NCBI GenBank assembly: GCA_030614705.1
Contig: JAUWTN010000001.1
Location: forward strand, 1 to 62,456
Length of the DNA: 62,456 bases
Direction: 5' to 3'
DNA from: Candidatus Aenigmatarchaeota archaeon
GTDB lineage: Archaea > Aenigmatarchaeota > Aenigmatarchaeia > QMZS01
In this document: piece by piece, positions 35,648-45,934 of the stretch
Position numbering within the stretch: position 1 is the first letter of the stretch
How the letters are laid out: the number at the start of each line of letters is the position of its first letter
The notes under the pieces: model-generated
The model's input: the letters and a program-made list of their open reading frames with translations, nothing else
Databases searched by the model: none
What the model was told of the DNA's origin: nothing
Program-made: the position numbers and the translations under genes

Positions 35648-36328
35648 TTAAATTCCTGATTCTATTTTTGGATTTTTTAGAAATTCCAGTTTTTCAGGAG
35701 TTTTTATAAGCGAGTACATATCTTCCATATTTTTTCCCTGGAGTTCTCTGAGATCCGGAACCAAAGGATACCTGTTATTTTTTACCCAACCTTCATTAAG
35801 AAAAAAATGGCATGCGCCGCCCATATATTTTATGGAATGGTAAACTGATTTAAAATTTGACGCAACCCAGTTGGACATAACAAGTTCCTGGTTGGAATGG
35901 TTGATTGTAATATGACCATAATTTGGTGGAATCACAAAAACATCTCCGACAGAACATCTTGAAAAACACACATCAATTATTTTGTTTGTGTCAAAATCAA
36001 TTTTCTGAATTAAAAAAATTGCTTCGCCTTTCAAAACCTGATAAACTTCAGGATAAGATAAATCTTCGACCGCAATTTCATGGTAATGTCCAACAGTCTT
36101 AGTAAATTCACATCCGAGCATTCCCGGCGGTATTACAGTAACATCATATCTCAAACCAGATTTTTCTATTTTATTTTTATCCTCTTCCTTAAAAATATTC
36201 CTGTACATAAAATACAAATTTTTGTCTTTCTGGTTCTTAAGCCAGGGTTTATCATAAACAACTTCCTTGATATCAAACAAAGTTCTTATGTCTGGTTCAA
36301 GTTTATTTATCTTTTCAAGTTGCCACAT
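35648..36328 (-). CDS. pgiA: Glucose-6-phosphate isomerase, cupin type (archaeal cPGI)
   Basis: 226 aa; cupin metal motif TKTVGHYHE...PEVYQVLKGEAIFLIQK ... PPNYGHITIN. Confidence 0.7.
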   Translation of the reverse strand: MWQLEKINKLEPDIRTLFDIKEVVYDKPWLKNQKDKNLYFMYRNIFKEEDKNKIEKSGLRYDVTVIPPGMLGCEFTKTVGHYHEIAVEDLSYPEVYQVLKGEAIFLIQKIDFDTNKIIDVCFSRCSVGDVFVIPPNYGHITINHSNQELVMSNWVASNFKSVYHSIKYMGGACHFFLNEGWVKNNRYPLVPDLRELQGKNMEDMYSLIKTPEKLEFLKNPKIESGI

Positions 36329-36335
36329 AATTACC

Positions 36336-36863
36336 TTATTTAGTAATTATTGAATAACCCTGGTCTTTTATTTCAAACCAGTTATCCAAAAGAAAATTTG
36401 ATAGGTATGCTCCTTCTAAATTATACACATAAAAAGAATTGTCTGAAAATTTTGTTCTTTTTCTTATCTCTATTAAAGATTCATTGCCTTTTATTATTTT
36501 TGGCACAAGAAAAAATTTCCTCTTATCATCTTTACCCTCAGCCTGTTTAAAATTCGTACTACCCAATACTTCAGCATATTGGAAAGGTATTTCATTTTCT
36601 GAGACTTTGTTTATCAACTGGAGGGTTTTTCCAAAAAAAGTGATAAATTCTTCAGGGGTGCAGTCAAAAATTTCAGGGTCTAACTTCACCTCAAAACTAT
36701 AGCCCTTCTGATAAAATGGGTCAGTTATCCAATAATGATGAACACCTCTTCTACAATCATGAAGTTCCTGATTATTAATATAATTAGTAGGATTTTCTAA
36801 AAAATCCGAGTAAACCTGTTCAATGGTTTTTGTTTCACTATTCTTAAGTGCTGTATCTGACAT
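36336..36863 (-). CDS. Hypothetical protein (between the PGI and sugar kinase genes)
   Basis: 175-aa ORF, no recognisable motif; 7-nt gap to pgiA. Confidence 0.5.
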   Translation of the reverse strand: MSDTALKNSETKTIEQVYSDFLENPTNYINNQELHDCRRGVHHYWITDPFYQKGYSFEVKLDPEIFDCTPEEFITFFGKTLQLINKVSENEIPFQYAEVLGSTNFKQAEGKDDKRKFFLVPKIIKGNESLIEIRKRTKFSDNSFYVYNLEGAYLSNFLLDNWFEIKDQGYSIITK

Positions 36864-36916
36864 AAAATATTGTAATCTAAAATTTTAAATAATTGAATTT
36901 TTGTTAAGACTTATTT

Positions 36917-37819
36917 TTACTTACTTCCTTTTATTGCGAGTTTCGCCGCTCCAATCGCCGAGTTTTTGACAATGCAAATCTCCGCTTTTGGAAAAAGTTT
37001 TTTAATTCTCGGGTTCAGATTTTTCATTATAAATTTATTGGTGAAAACGCTTCCAGTCAAAGCAATTTTAAAACTTCCCTTAAGTCCTGCTCTTTTCACA
37101 ACAGCCTTAAGTCCACACTCAATTTCATCAACTGCTGAACTGAGTATCTCTCTCGCAATTTTGTCTTTTTTTTCAAGGGCTTTTTCTGTTAAAGGCGCAA
37201 ATCCCGCAACTTTTTTCTTTAAATTTCCAGTATAAATATAATCCACCAGGTCTTCCACGCTTTTTATCTTTAATTTATTAAAAACCATCTTTTCAAGAAT
37301 TGTTTTCTTGCCTCTGCCGTCATTGGATTTTACTACCGCTCTCAAAACCTTAAGTCCAATAAAATAACCCGAGCCATCATCAGCCAGCAAATAACCCACA
37401 CCGCTTGCCTTAACAGTTTTGTTTTTGTTTACTGCAAAAAAAGCGGAACCTGTCCCCGCAATTGCAACAGCCCCATTTTCCGCATCAATAGAAGGCAATA
37501 CGGTTTCTATATCATTTACAACAATAAAATCTGATTTAATCATTTTACCAAATTTGCTTTTTTTAATCATTTTTACAATTTTCTTTTCTTCCTCTTCTGT
37601 ATCCATTCCCGCAAAAGCAAAACATGAAAATTTAAGATTGAATTTAATAGACAAAGCAATTTCATCAAGAGTATTTACAAATTGTTTTTCTGTCAAATGC
37701 CTGTGAGATAAATTATCTTTTCTTGTTTCAAATACCTTTTTTCCTTTTGAATTAACCACAAATACAGCCGTCTTTGTTACTCCCGCATCAATACCTAAAT
37801 AATATTCCGGTTCAAGCAT
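36917..37819 (-). CDS. BadF/BadG/BcrA/BcrD-type ATPase, N-acetylglucosamine/hexose kinase-like
   Basis: 300 aa; ASKHA phosphate motifs YLGIDAGVTKT and AIAGTGSAFFAV. Confidence 0.7.
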   Translation of the reverse strand: MLEPEYYLGIDAGVTKTAVFVVNSKGKKVFETRKDNLSHRHLTEKQFVNTLDEIALSIKFNLKFSCFAFAGMDTEEEEKKIVKMIKKSKFGKMIKSDFIVVNDIETVLPSIDAENGAVAIAGTGSAFFAVNKNKTVKASGVGYLLADDGSGYFIGLKVLRAVVKSNDGRGKKTILEKMVFNKLKIKSVEDLVDYIYTGNLKKKVAGFAPLTEKALEKKDKIAREILSSAVDEIECGLKAVVKRAGLKGSFKIALTGSVFTNKFIMKNLNPRIKKLFPKAEICIVKNSAIGAAKLAIKGSK

Positions 37820-37844
37820 AATTAAAATACTTTTGTTTTATTTA

Positions 37845-38711
37845 TTATTTTTTAAATTCTGACAAAATTTTTCTGAAATCTGGGTTCCGTTTAACTGTGT
37901 GCCATTTTTTCATGTGGGGCCACTGGTCTTCATAAATTGGTTTATTGGTTTCATAAAAAATACCTGTTGGAATTTTTGAATTTTCATTTTGGCAATAATC
38001 CCACTCCAAAGCTTTCTTCATCGCATCTTCATAATTTCCTGTATTATGATTTTCAAGCTTGTAGATATGCTCCCTAATAAATTGTGTTGTGTTGTGATAA
38101 GAAATGCATGGCTGAAGAATTTCCACAAATGAGAATCCTTTATGCATAACTGCTGCTTCAATTAATTTTGTCAGGTTTGGAATATCCAAAGCAAAACCTC
38201 TTGAAATAAAACTCGCTCCGCAGGTCATAGTAAGCGCTAAAGGATTAACTGGTTTTTCGTGAACTCCCAAAGGTGTTGAAGGTGTAACCAGACCTTTCTC
38301 GCTTACAGGCGTTGCCTGTCCTGTTGTCAAAGAAAACATTTGGTTGTCAAAAACAAGAAATGTTGTGTCTTCATTGTATCTGCAGGAATGCACCACATGA
38401 GCCATTCCCTCAGCGTAAGTTGAACCATCTCCCCCAAAACCTATAATTTTCAATTCAGGGTTTCCTAATTTTATTCCAAACATTGTTGGTAAAGATCTTC
38501 CATGCAAAGTGTGGAAAAAATTAATATTCAGATAATCATAAATTTTATCAAAACAACCAACACCGCTGACTCCAACAATATTCTCGCGTTTCACTTTTTC
38601 ATCATTCACAAGATTTGTTATTGCCTGCTTGACTGAAGTTAAAATTCCAAAGTCTGTGCAACCCGGGCACCACGTTGATTTTTCCCCTGTATTTAAATCT
38701 TCTGCTTTCAT
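37845..38711 (-). CDS. 2-oxoacid:ferredoxin oxidoreductase beta subunit (TPP-binding)
   Basis: 288 aa; WCPGCTDFGIL and GFGGDGSTYAEG (TPP GDG motif). Confidence 0.85.
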   Translation of the reverse strand: MKAEDLNTGEKSTWCPGCTDFGILTSVKQAITNLVNDEKVKRENIVGVSGVGCFDKIYDYLNINFFHTLHGRSLPTMFGIKLGNPELKIIGFGGDGSTYAEGMAHVVHSCRYNEDTTFLVFDNQMFSLTTGQATPVSEKGLVTPSTPLGVHEKPVNPLALTMTCGASFISRGFALDIPNLTKLIEAAVMHKGFSFVEILQPCISYHNTTQFIREHIYKLENHNTGNYEDAMKKALEWDYCQNENSKIPTGIFYETNKPIYEDQWPHMKKWHTVKRNPDFRKILSEFKK

Positions 38712-40351
38712 TTTACTACCTTATTGACCCTTTCAACAATCTCTTCAGATGTGAATGGTCTTCCATCATATTTTAAAACTTTTTTATTTATAATCTTTCC
38801 TGTCTGCTCAGCAATTATATCTCCAAGCAATCCAGTTGCATTGTTTTCAATAAGTATAACTTCATCAGAATTCTCAATTTCTCTCTTCACTTCCTCTGCT
38901 GGGAAAGGCGATATATAAGAAACCTGCAAGAATCTGAAATCCGGCAAATCTTTCAATGCATCAACTATTGCACCTTTTGTTGAACCCCATCCAACAATCA
39001 ATTTCTTTCCCTGTCCATGAAGATATACCGGAACCAAATCCATTATCTCTTCTTTCAAATCATCCAATTTCTTTAATCTCTTATCATTCATTTTAATTAC
39101 TTCGTCGGCTTTCTCAGTTGTGTACCCGTATTCATTGTGTTCATAACTTGTAGCCCTCACAACAGCGCCCTGTCCGGGAACAGATCTTGGAGAAACTCCA
39201 TTTTCAGTTATTAAATAACTCTTGTAATCTTCGCAGGGTTCTGTGATGTAACGGCTTGGTTTAATTTTTGGTTCTTCAAAATCATCAAAACTATAATTGC
39301 TTTCTCCCACATGCTTGTCACCAAGAATCATTACAAGCACTCTGTATTTTGAAGCCAAATGGAAAGCCTCAATTGTCCTGTAAAAACATTCCTTTGCGTC
39401 ACCAGGAGCAACAACAACGCGGACAAATTCGCCGTGCCCCACATTTACCGCAAATTTCAAATCTCCCTGTGAATTGTAAGTTGGGACTCCTGAAGCAGGT
39501 CCGGTTCTCTGGCTAAGATACACCACTAAAGGGACTTCGGACATTCCCTGCAAACTAAGAGCTTCTGTCATTAAAGCAAATCCAGCTCCTGAAGTTCCTA
39601 TCATCGTATTCGCTCCGGCATAACTTGCCCCTAATGCAGAACAGGCAACAGCAATTTCATTTTCAGGCTGAACAACTATAAAATCATGCTCCACCTGTTT
39701 TGATGCTAGTTCATGAAGGACCGGTGTTGCAGGAGTTATTGGGTAAGCAACGTACATATCAATTCCTGAAGTAATTGCACCCATTGAAATTGCTTCATTA
39801 CCGGTTATAAAATATTTAGGTTTTCCATCAGGATTATCCAGTTCCATTTTCTTTTCAACGCAATTATAACCCTCAATTATAGATTCTTCAAGCAAATCTA
39901 TCTTTTTCTTAAATGCTCCCTTTACCACTTTAACCACAGGTTCAACAGGCAAACCAATAATTTTTGCCAAAGCTCCTATTAATATATCATTTCCTAATTT
40001 TGCGGATGCGCCTAATTTCTCAAGGTGAGCCTGCACATCAATGCCAATCAGATTTTTTCCTTTCAGATTCTTGTCTCCCAAAATAAATCCGCCTTCTTTT
40101 AAATCGTTTTCATGCCTGTCAATTAGATCCTGATTTAAAGCAAAAATCACATCATAAGAATTGTCATGAGAATAAACCGGGTTATCGGATATTTTAAGAA
40201 CATTAAAATTAAATCCACCTTTTATCAAAGATTGATATTCCCTATAATTAAACACATAATATCCCGCATTTGTAAAAACTTCGCTTATCAGGAGAGTGGT
40301 TTTGGCGATTCCTTTTCCGGCTTCGCCACCAATCAGAATGTGCTTCTCCAT
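38708..40351 (-). CDS. 2-oxoacid:ferredoxin oxidoreductase alpha subunit with fused N-terminal gamma domain
   Basis: 547 aa; gamma-like IGGEAGKGIAKTT start, then the alpha pattern GNEAISMGAI..G....AYPITPAT; 4-nt overlap with beta. Confidence 0.85.
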   Translation of the reverse strand: MEKHILIGGEAGKGIAKTTLLISEVFTNAGYYVFNYREYQSLIKGGFNFNVLKISDNPVYSHDNSYDVIFALNQDLIDRHENDLKEGGFILGDKNLKGKNLIGIDVQAHLEKLGASAKLGNDILIGALAKIIGLPVEPVVKVVKGAFKKKIDLLEESIIEGYNCVEKKMELDNPDGKPKYFITGNEAISMGAITSGIDMYVAYPITPATPVLHELASKQVEHDFIVVQPENEIAVACSALGASYAGANTMIGTSGAGFALMTEALSLQGMSEVPLVVYLSQRTGPASGVPTYNSQGDLKFAVNVGHGEFVRVVVAPGDAKECFYRTIEAFHLASKYRVLVMILGDKHVGESNYSFDDFEEPKIKPSRYITEPCEDYKSYLITENGVSPRSVPGQGAVVRATSYEHNEYGYTTEKADEVIKMNDKRLKKLDDLKEEIMDLVPVYLHGQGKKLIVGWGSTKGAIVDALKDLPDFRFLQVSYISPFPAEEVKREIENSDEVILIENNATGLLGDIIAEQTGKIINKKVLKYDGRPFTSEEIVERVNKVVK

Positions 40352-40492
40352 CTTACTATTTGAAATAAGTTTTTAAGTTATCTAAATATTTGGAGTTTAT
40401 CTAAAATCCAAAAAGGCGTTAAACTGATTTAATTGACAAAAGAAACTAAATTAATTAATAAAATCATTCGGTTATTTGAAAGTAGATATATT

Positions 40493-41416
40493 ATGAAAAA
40501 CTATTTCAGATTATTTGGGTTAATCGGTATAGGTATATTTATCTATTTAATGTCAACAATTAATTTAAATCTTTTATTGGATTCTTTCAAATCAATGAAT
40601 TATACTTATCTGCTGATATCTCTTTTGCTTATTATTCCTGTAGTTTTTGTAAAAGTTATAAAATGGTTATTGCTCATAGATAAAAAAGATAAAATTAGTT
40701 TGTCTGAAGGTGTATTCGCATGGGTTGCAGGATTTGGTATTGGAATGTTAACTCCAGGAAAAGTTGGTGATTTTACAAAAGTAAAATTTCTCAAATCAAA
40801 ACCTGGAAAAAGTTTTCTCACCATTCTGGTTGACCGTCTTAATGATATTTTCGTTCTATTTATTCTCGGAATATTTTCGGTTTTCATATTATTCTCAAAC
40901 AAAACACATCTAGCTAATTTAAGTTATCTATTCCTATTATTCTTCGTATTTTTTATCATAGGAATACTTATTTTAAGAAATGAAAAATTAATTAAAAAAA
41001 TTGGTATGCCTTTTTACAAAGTTTTGGTTCCTAAAAAATTTAAGGGTATTGCCGGAGAAAATATTAATATTTTTTATGAAAACTTTAACAAATTGAATAA
41101 AAATAAAATAATTATTAATTTTCTGTTAAGTGTCCTTGCCTGGTTTGGTTGTTTTATTCAGTTTTGGTTTTTGTCTCTTGCATTTGGATTAAACTTATCT
41201 TATATTTCAATTTGTTTAATCATGCCTGTGCTGATTTTAGTTCAGTTAATTCCTATTTCAATTTCGGGTATAGGTACAAGAGAAGCTGCCGCAGTTTTGC
41301 TCTTATCAACTTTTGGAATCTCTCCGGAATTGGCAATTGCTTTCTCCTTGGGGATTATGGTTGAAGATTATATTCTTGGAGGAATTGGACTATTATGCTG
41401 GCTGAAAGTTAAATAA
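40493..41416 (+). CDS. Flippase-like membrane protein (lysylphosphatidylglycerol-synthase TM region / UPF0104 family)
   Basis: About 8 predicted TMs; GMLTPGKVGDFTK and PISISGIGTREAA motifs; ATG at 40493 preferred over the TTG at 40433. Confidence 0.65.
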   Translation: MKNYFRLFGLIGIGIFIYLMSTINLNLLLDSFKSMNYTYLLISLLLIIPVVFVKVIKWLLLIDKKDKISLSEGVFAWVAGFGIGMLTPGKVGDFTKVKFLKSKPGKSFLTILVDRLNDIFVLFILGIFSVFILFSNKTHLANLSYLFLLFFVFFIIGILILRNEKLIKKIGMPFYKVLVPKKFKGIAGENINIFYENFNKLNKNKIIINFLLSVLAWFGCFIQFWFLSLAFGLNLSYISICLIMPVLILVQLIPISISGIGTREAAAVLLLSTFGISPELAIAFSLGIMVEDYILGGIGLLCWLKVK

Positions 41417-41427
41417 AAAAATTCTGT

Positions 41428-42096
41428 TTAATTTATAAATTTCTTCCTGATTAAAAAATAAATAATTCTAAACCCATCTGATTCTTTAAGTTTTTCTTCC
41501 CCAATTCTTGGAAAATAATCAATCAAAATTTCTTTTGATTTTAAGTTTAACCTGCGCATATTCATAAATAAATCCGCTTCAAGTTCAAAACCCTTTGCGG
41601 AAATTTTCATACTTTTCAAAACATCCCCTCTAAAACCCCACATACCCGTGCAAATATCAATATATTTTCCATACAACAAAAATCCCAATAAACTGATAAT
41701 TTTATTTCCTATAAAATGGACTATATTTTTCAATTTAAATCTTACTCCTTTCCTTTTTCCTGAAACTATTTCATATTCTTTTAGATTCTCCAAAAATATT
41801 GGTATATCTTTTGCGGGATAACTTGCATCCCCATCAAGCATTACATAAAATTCGTCTTTTTTAATTGGATATTTTTTCAGGAAAGTCTGGAAACCCATGC
41901 CTTTGCCTTTGCCTTCCTGAAACAAGATTTCAACACCCTCATTTTTTGCTATTTTCACAGTTTTATCTTTTGAATATCCATCAACAATAAGAATTTTATC
42001 CACCCAAGGTTTTACCTGAGTTATTACTTTTTTTATACTTTCTTCTTCGTTTTTAGTCGGAATTAATGCAATAACTCTTTTCTTTGACACACCCAT
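41428..42096 (-). CDS. GT2 glycosyltransferase, dolichyl-phosphate hexose synthase-like
   Basis: 222 aa; ALIPTKNEEESI, DGYSKD and DGDASY (DxD) motifs. Confidence 0.8.
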   Translation of the reverse strand: MGVSKKRVIALIPTKNEEESIKKVITQVKPWVDKILIVDGYSKDKTVKIAKNEGVEILFQEGKGKGMGFQTFLKKYPIKKDEFYVMLDGDASYPAKDIPIFLENLKEYEIVSGKRKGVRFKLKNIVHFIGNKIISLLGFLLYGKYIDICTGMWGFRGDVLKSMKISAKGFELEADLFMNMRRLNLKSKEILIDYFPRIGEEKLKESDGFRIIYFLIRKKFIN

Positions 42097-42144
42097 ATTT
42101 ATAATCTATTTACAACAATAGTTTAATTTTTATAAGATTTAATA

Positions 42145-44022
42145 ATGGAAATCCTGACTATAATTTACTTCTTCACAGTTATTTTTGGTTTGGGGTATTC
42201 AGTAAAAAAATTATTAAAATTGGAAGAATTTAAGGATATTTTGGAAGAAATTATATTTATTTTGGGTTTGGGTTTGGGTTCTTTTGTGTTGTTATGTATT
42301 CCATTAAACGCAATTCGTGGTTTAATTTGGCCGGCGTTTTTAATCATCTCTCTTATAATTCCTTTATATTCTCTGGGTGAAAAAATAAAACAGAATAAGT
42401 TAAAATTAAACTTTTCAAATATTGCTTATAAAAATTATATTGTTGTTGGATTAATAACTCTAATATTTTTCTATGTGTACCTTACAGGGGCTTTTGGATA
42501 TCCTTATCTTGAAGATGATGATCCTTGGATACACGCTGAAGCCGCAAAATATGTTTCAATTGAACATACATATATTCAACCAGACCATTTTCCAATGCAT
42601 TACCTTGAACCATACCCTCCTTTTTATTCTACTATGATGGGTGTGTTGCATCAAGTCCACCCAGAATCCGTGCAATGGGTCTTGAAATTTTTCAATGTTT
42701 TACTCATCACTTTAGGTCTTCCTTTTATTTATATCTGGTTGAGAAGATTTACCCAATCCGATAATACTGCCTTGACCGGAACTTTTTTGTTTGCGGTTCT
42801 TCCCTGTTTTATGAATCATTTTATCTGGGCGCAGACACTTGCTTTAGTTCTTTGGTTCCCTGCTTTATATTCCATTGAAAAAATGAAGAATGGGGAAAAG
42901 AAAAAATGGTTGGTAACAAGTATTTTAACAATATCCGCAATTTTAATAACCCAATCCTCAACAGCAGCAATCTTTATGATGTTCTTTGGGTGCTATTTTT
43001 TAGTTGAATTTGTCGCCAGTTTATTAAATTCTAAAACTCACAATCCAATCAAAATATTCAAAAGTAAAGAAATAAAATATTTATTTCTTGCGGGATTTCT
43101 CGGGTTAATTCTTGCTGTATCAATTTATTGGTTGCCTGAAATAGGTTTCAGAGGTTGGGATGACGCTGGAGAAAGAATGGGTTTCATTAAAAAAGATTTC
43201 TTTGTTGGCGGAACAACTGCAGATACTTCAGGAGGTCTTGTTTATGGATTGCAGGATTTCGTAATTGCGCCCAATGTTTCAAAAATGGATCAGGCAACAG
43301 GGTTGGGTCCTGTGATTTTTGTGTTATTATTATTCTCCATCATTGTGTTGCTATATCAGCGAAAGAAATTAACCAGCCCGCGCAACAAATATCTGCTGGT
43401 CTCTTTATTATGGCTGATTATTGGATTCCTTGGTGTTGAAGGAAATGCTCTTCCTTTTAAATTAATGCCACACAGATTCTGGGTATTCTTTGCAATACCA
43501 GTTGTAATTTTAGTTGCCTGGGGAATAATTTTGATTTATAACTCAACAAAAAAAGATAAAGCAATTTCTTACATAATAATCTCTTTGATATTTGCCGGAA
43601 TTTTAATTACTTCCGCTTATCCAAAATATATTGTCCAGACATCGCAATGGCCCTCTGGTGTTGGATGGTCTTCCAATGAACAAATTCAGGGTTATGTTGG
43701 ATTAAAAGAACTTCCTCCAAATACTTTGATTTATAGCTTATGCAAAAACCCAAAGACGGTTATAGGTGTGGATAAAATGGATTATCCCTGGATTAAAGAA
43801 ATCGAAGATTATCAAAAATTAGCATTAAATGACACTTTGAATAATAACCATGCGTTTCTAAAAAAATATAAATATTCTTATCTAATACTTGATGGTGGGT
43901 GTGTTAAGGACTTTGGTTTAAATCAAACTAACTTAAAAATACAGGAGATATTTGGCTCTGGAAAATTCAGAGTTGAAGAAAAACTAAGCAATAAGGGTTT
44001 CTTTTTGTTTAAAATATTATAA
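42145..44022 (+). CDS. GT-C fold membrane glycosyltransferase (ArnT/PMT, GT39/GT83-like)
   Basis: 625 aa, more than 10 TMs; acidic first-loop motif YLEDDDPWIH; soluble C-terminal ~130 aa; divergent from the GT2 Dol-P-sugar synthase gene. Confidence 0.6.
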   Translation: MEILTIIYFFTVIFGLGYSVKKLLKLEEFKDILEEIIFILGLGLGSFVLLCIPLNAIRGLIWPAFLIISLIIPLYSLGEKIKQNKLKLNFSNIAYKNYIVVGLITLIFFYVYLTGAFGYPYLEDDDPWIHAEAAKYVSIEHTYIQPDHFPMHYLEPYPPFYSTMMGVLHQVHPESVQWVLKFFNVLLITLGLPFIYIWLRRFTQSDNTALTGTFLFAVLPCFMNHFIWAQTLALVLWFPALYSIEKMKNGEKKKWLVTSILTISAILITQSSTAAIFMMFFGCYFLVEFVASLLNSKTHNPIKIFKSKEIKYLFLAGFLGLILAVSIYWLPEIGFRGWDDAGERMGFIKKDFFVGGTTADTSGGLVYGLQDFVIAPNVSKMDQATGLGPVIFVLLLFSIIVLLYQRKKLTSPRNKYLLVSLLWLIIGFLGVEGNALPFKLMPHRFWVFFAIPVVILVAWGIILIYNSTKKDKAISYIIISLIFAGILITSAYPKYIVQTSQWPSGVGWSSNEQIQGYVGLKELPPNTLIYSLCKNPKTVIGVDKMDYPWIKEIEDYQKLALNDTLNNNHAFLKKYKYSYLILDGGCVKDFGLNQTNLKIQEIFGSGKFRVEEKLSNKGFFLFKIL

Positions 44023-44028
44023 TTTAGA

Positions 44029-45153
44029 ATGAAAATATGTCTCTGCGCTAACGGGAGCAGCATCCATACCAAGAGATGGATAAATTATTTTGTTGACAGA
44101 GGTCATGAAGTGCATTTAGTTAGCAATATTTCTTATAAATATAAATCTTCAAAATTCCACATATTAAAAAATTATACCAACAACAGGCATCTTAATTTCT
44201 TCGGATATTGCTTACAAATAAAAAAAATAATTAACAAAATAAAACCCGACATAATTCATTCCCATTATGCAACCACCTATGGTTTTCTAGGAGCTCTATC
44301 AGGTTTTCATCCTTTGATTGTTTCTGTGTGGGGCAGTGATGTTCTGGTTGAACCAAAAAACTCAAAAGTTTTTGATTTTTTTACAAGATATGCTTTGAAA
44401 AAAGCTGACTTGATAATTCCAATGGCAACACCAAAAGCAGAATTTATGAAAAATTATTTAATCAAATCCTTTTGTGTGCCTGAAGATAAAATCCAAAGAA
44501 TTCCTTGGGGTATAGACCCAACTATTTTCAAAAGAGGTTATAAACAAGAAGTGGAAAAATTAAGAGAAAACCTAAAAATACAAAAAAATACAAAAATTAT
44601 TTTAAGTGCCCGCCACATGGACCCAAAATATGGAATAAAATATTTAATCAAAGTAATACCTTACCTCACTAAAAAATATCCAAATACTAAATTAATAATA
44701 TTAAGAGGTGGGGGTTCCAAAGAATATGAAAACAAAATGAAAAATCTATCATCAAAATTGAGGGTTTCAGATAAGATTATATTTATTCAAAAACACATAA
44801 ATACAAAAGAGATGTGTGTATATTTGAATCTGGCAGATATATTTGTTTCACTTACAAAAACAGATCAGTTTGCATGCAGCTTAATGGAAGGGATGGCTTG
44901 CGGAACTATTCCTATTGTAAGCAACATTGAAGTATATCAACAATATCTTAAAAACAAAAAAAATGCTCTTTTTGTTGAACCTGAAAATCCAAAAGATATT
45001 GCAGAAAAGATAATTTATTGCTTTAAACATCCTGAAATAAAAAACAAATTTTACAAAATAAATCGTAAAATTATTGAAAAAGATGAAGACTGGAACAAAA
45101 ATGCTAGAAAAATGGAAGAATTATATAAAAAATTAATAAAACTATTATGGTGA
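44029..45153 (+). CDS. GT4 family glycosyltransferase
   Basis: 374 aa; GT-B C-terminal motif FACSLMEGMACGTIPIVSN. Confidence 0.8.
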   Translation: MKICLCANGSSIHTKRWINYFVDRGHEVHLVSNISYKYKSSKFHILKNYTNNRHLNFFGYCLQIKKIINKIKPDIIHSHYATTYGFLGALSGFHPLIVSVWGSDVLVEPKNSKVFDFFTRYALKKADLIIPMATPKAEFMKNYLIKSFCVPEDKIQRIPWGIDPTIFKRGYKQEVEKLRENLKIQKNTKIILSARHMDPKYGIKYLIKVIPYLTKKYPNTKLIILRGGGSKEYENKMKNLSSKLRVSDKIIFIQKHINTKEMCVYLNLADIFVSLTKTDQFACSLMEGMACGTIPIVSNIEVYQQYLKNKKNALFVEPENPKDIAEKIIYCFKHPEIKNKFYKINRKIIEKDEDWNKNARKMEELYKKLIKLLW

Positions 45154-45809
45154 AAATTAAAAATATTATCCAAAAAATTCCATTTTTTGATACTTTGATA
45201 AAATGGAAAAATAGAATTATTTTTAAAGGCTCTAAAAAATACTGGAAAAATAGATATAATAAAAAAGGAAATTCAGGCACAGGTTCATACGGAAAACTTG
45301 CTGAATTTAAAGCCAAAGTCTTAAATTCATTTGTAAAAAATAATAAAATTAATTCAGTTATGGAATTTGGGTGCGGCGACAGTCATCAAATAAATTTATT
45401 TAATTTTCCTAATTATATTGGTTTGGATATTTCAGAAACTGCAATAAAAACCAATATGGATTTTTTTAAGAAAGACAAAACAAAAAGTTTTTTCCTGTAT
45501 GATTCAAATTGTTTCAGCGACAACCATTCAATATTTAAAACAGAACTCACTTTATCATTAGACACAATTTATCATCTGGTTGAAAAAGAAATATTTGAGA
45601 ATTATATGAACCACTTATTTTCAACTTCAAATAAATTTGTTATTATTTATTCTTCAGATATTAACACAACAGCAGAAAACCATATAAAATATAGAAAGTT
45701 CGCAGAATGGATTAAAATTAAGTTTCCTGAATGGAAATTAATTAAAAAAATAAAGAATCCTTATTATAAAGACCGCCCTGATTTTTTCATTTATAAAAAA
45801 GTAAAATAA
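45147..45809 (+). CDS. Class I SAM-dependent methyltransferase
   Basis: 220 aa; motif I VMEFGCGDS and GLDIS; 7-nt overlap with the upstream GT4. Confidence 0.65.
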   Translation: MVKIKNIIQKIPFFDTLIKWKNRIIFKGSKKYWKNRYNKKGNSGTGSYGKLAEFKAKVLNSFVKNNKINSVMEFGCGDSHQINLFNFPNYIGLDISETAIKTNMDFFKKDKTKSFFLYDSNCFSDNHSIFKTELTLSLDTIYHLVEKEIFENYMNHLFSTSNKFVIIYSSDINTTAENHIKYRKFAEWIKIKFPEWKLIKKIKNPYYKDRPDFFIYKKVK

Positions 45810-45934
45810 TGAATGATTTTAACACTTATTTCAAATTTTTTAGGCATTTATTTTACATTCATTGAGTCTCTAAAGTTTTTTTGTTAAATTATAGGATAAA
45901 AACAAAGGATTAATAGAAGATTATCTAAATATTT

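Noticed and set aside
42145-44022. The GT-C membrane protein as an AglB/STT3 oligosaccharyltransferase (GWDDAG as a degenerate WWDYG motif).
   Set aside because: In AglB/STT3 the WWDxG motif follows the last TM, in the C-terminal globular domain. Here GWDDAG (around residue 335) is followed by at least four more TM helices. An ArnT/PMT-like GT-C enzyme is the safer call.
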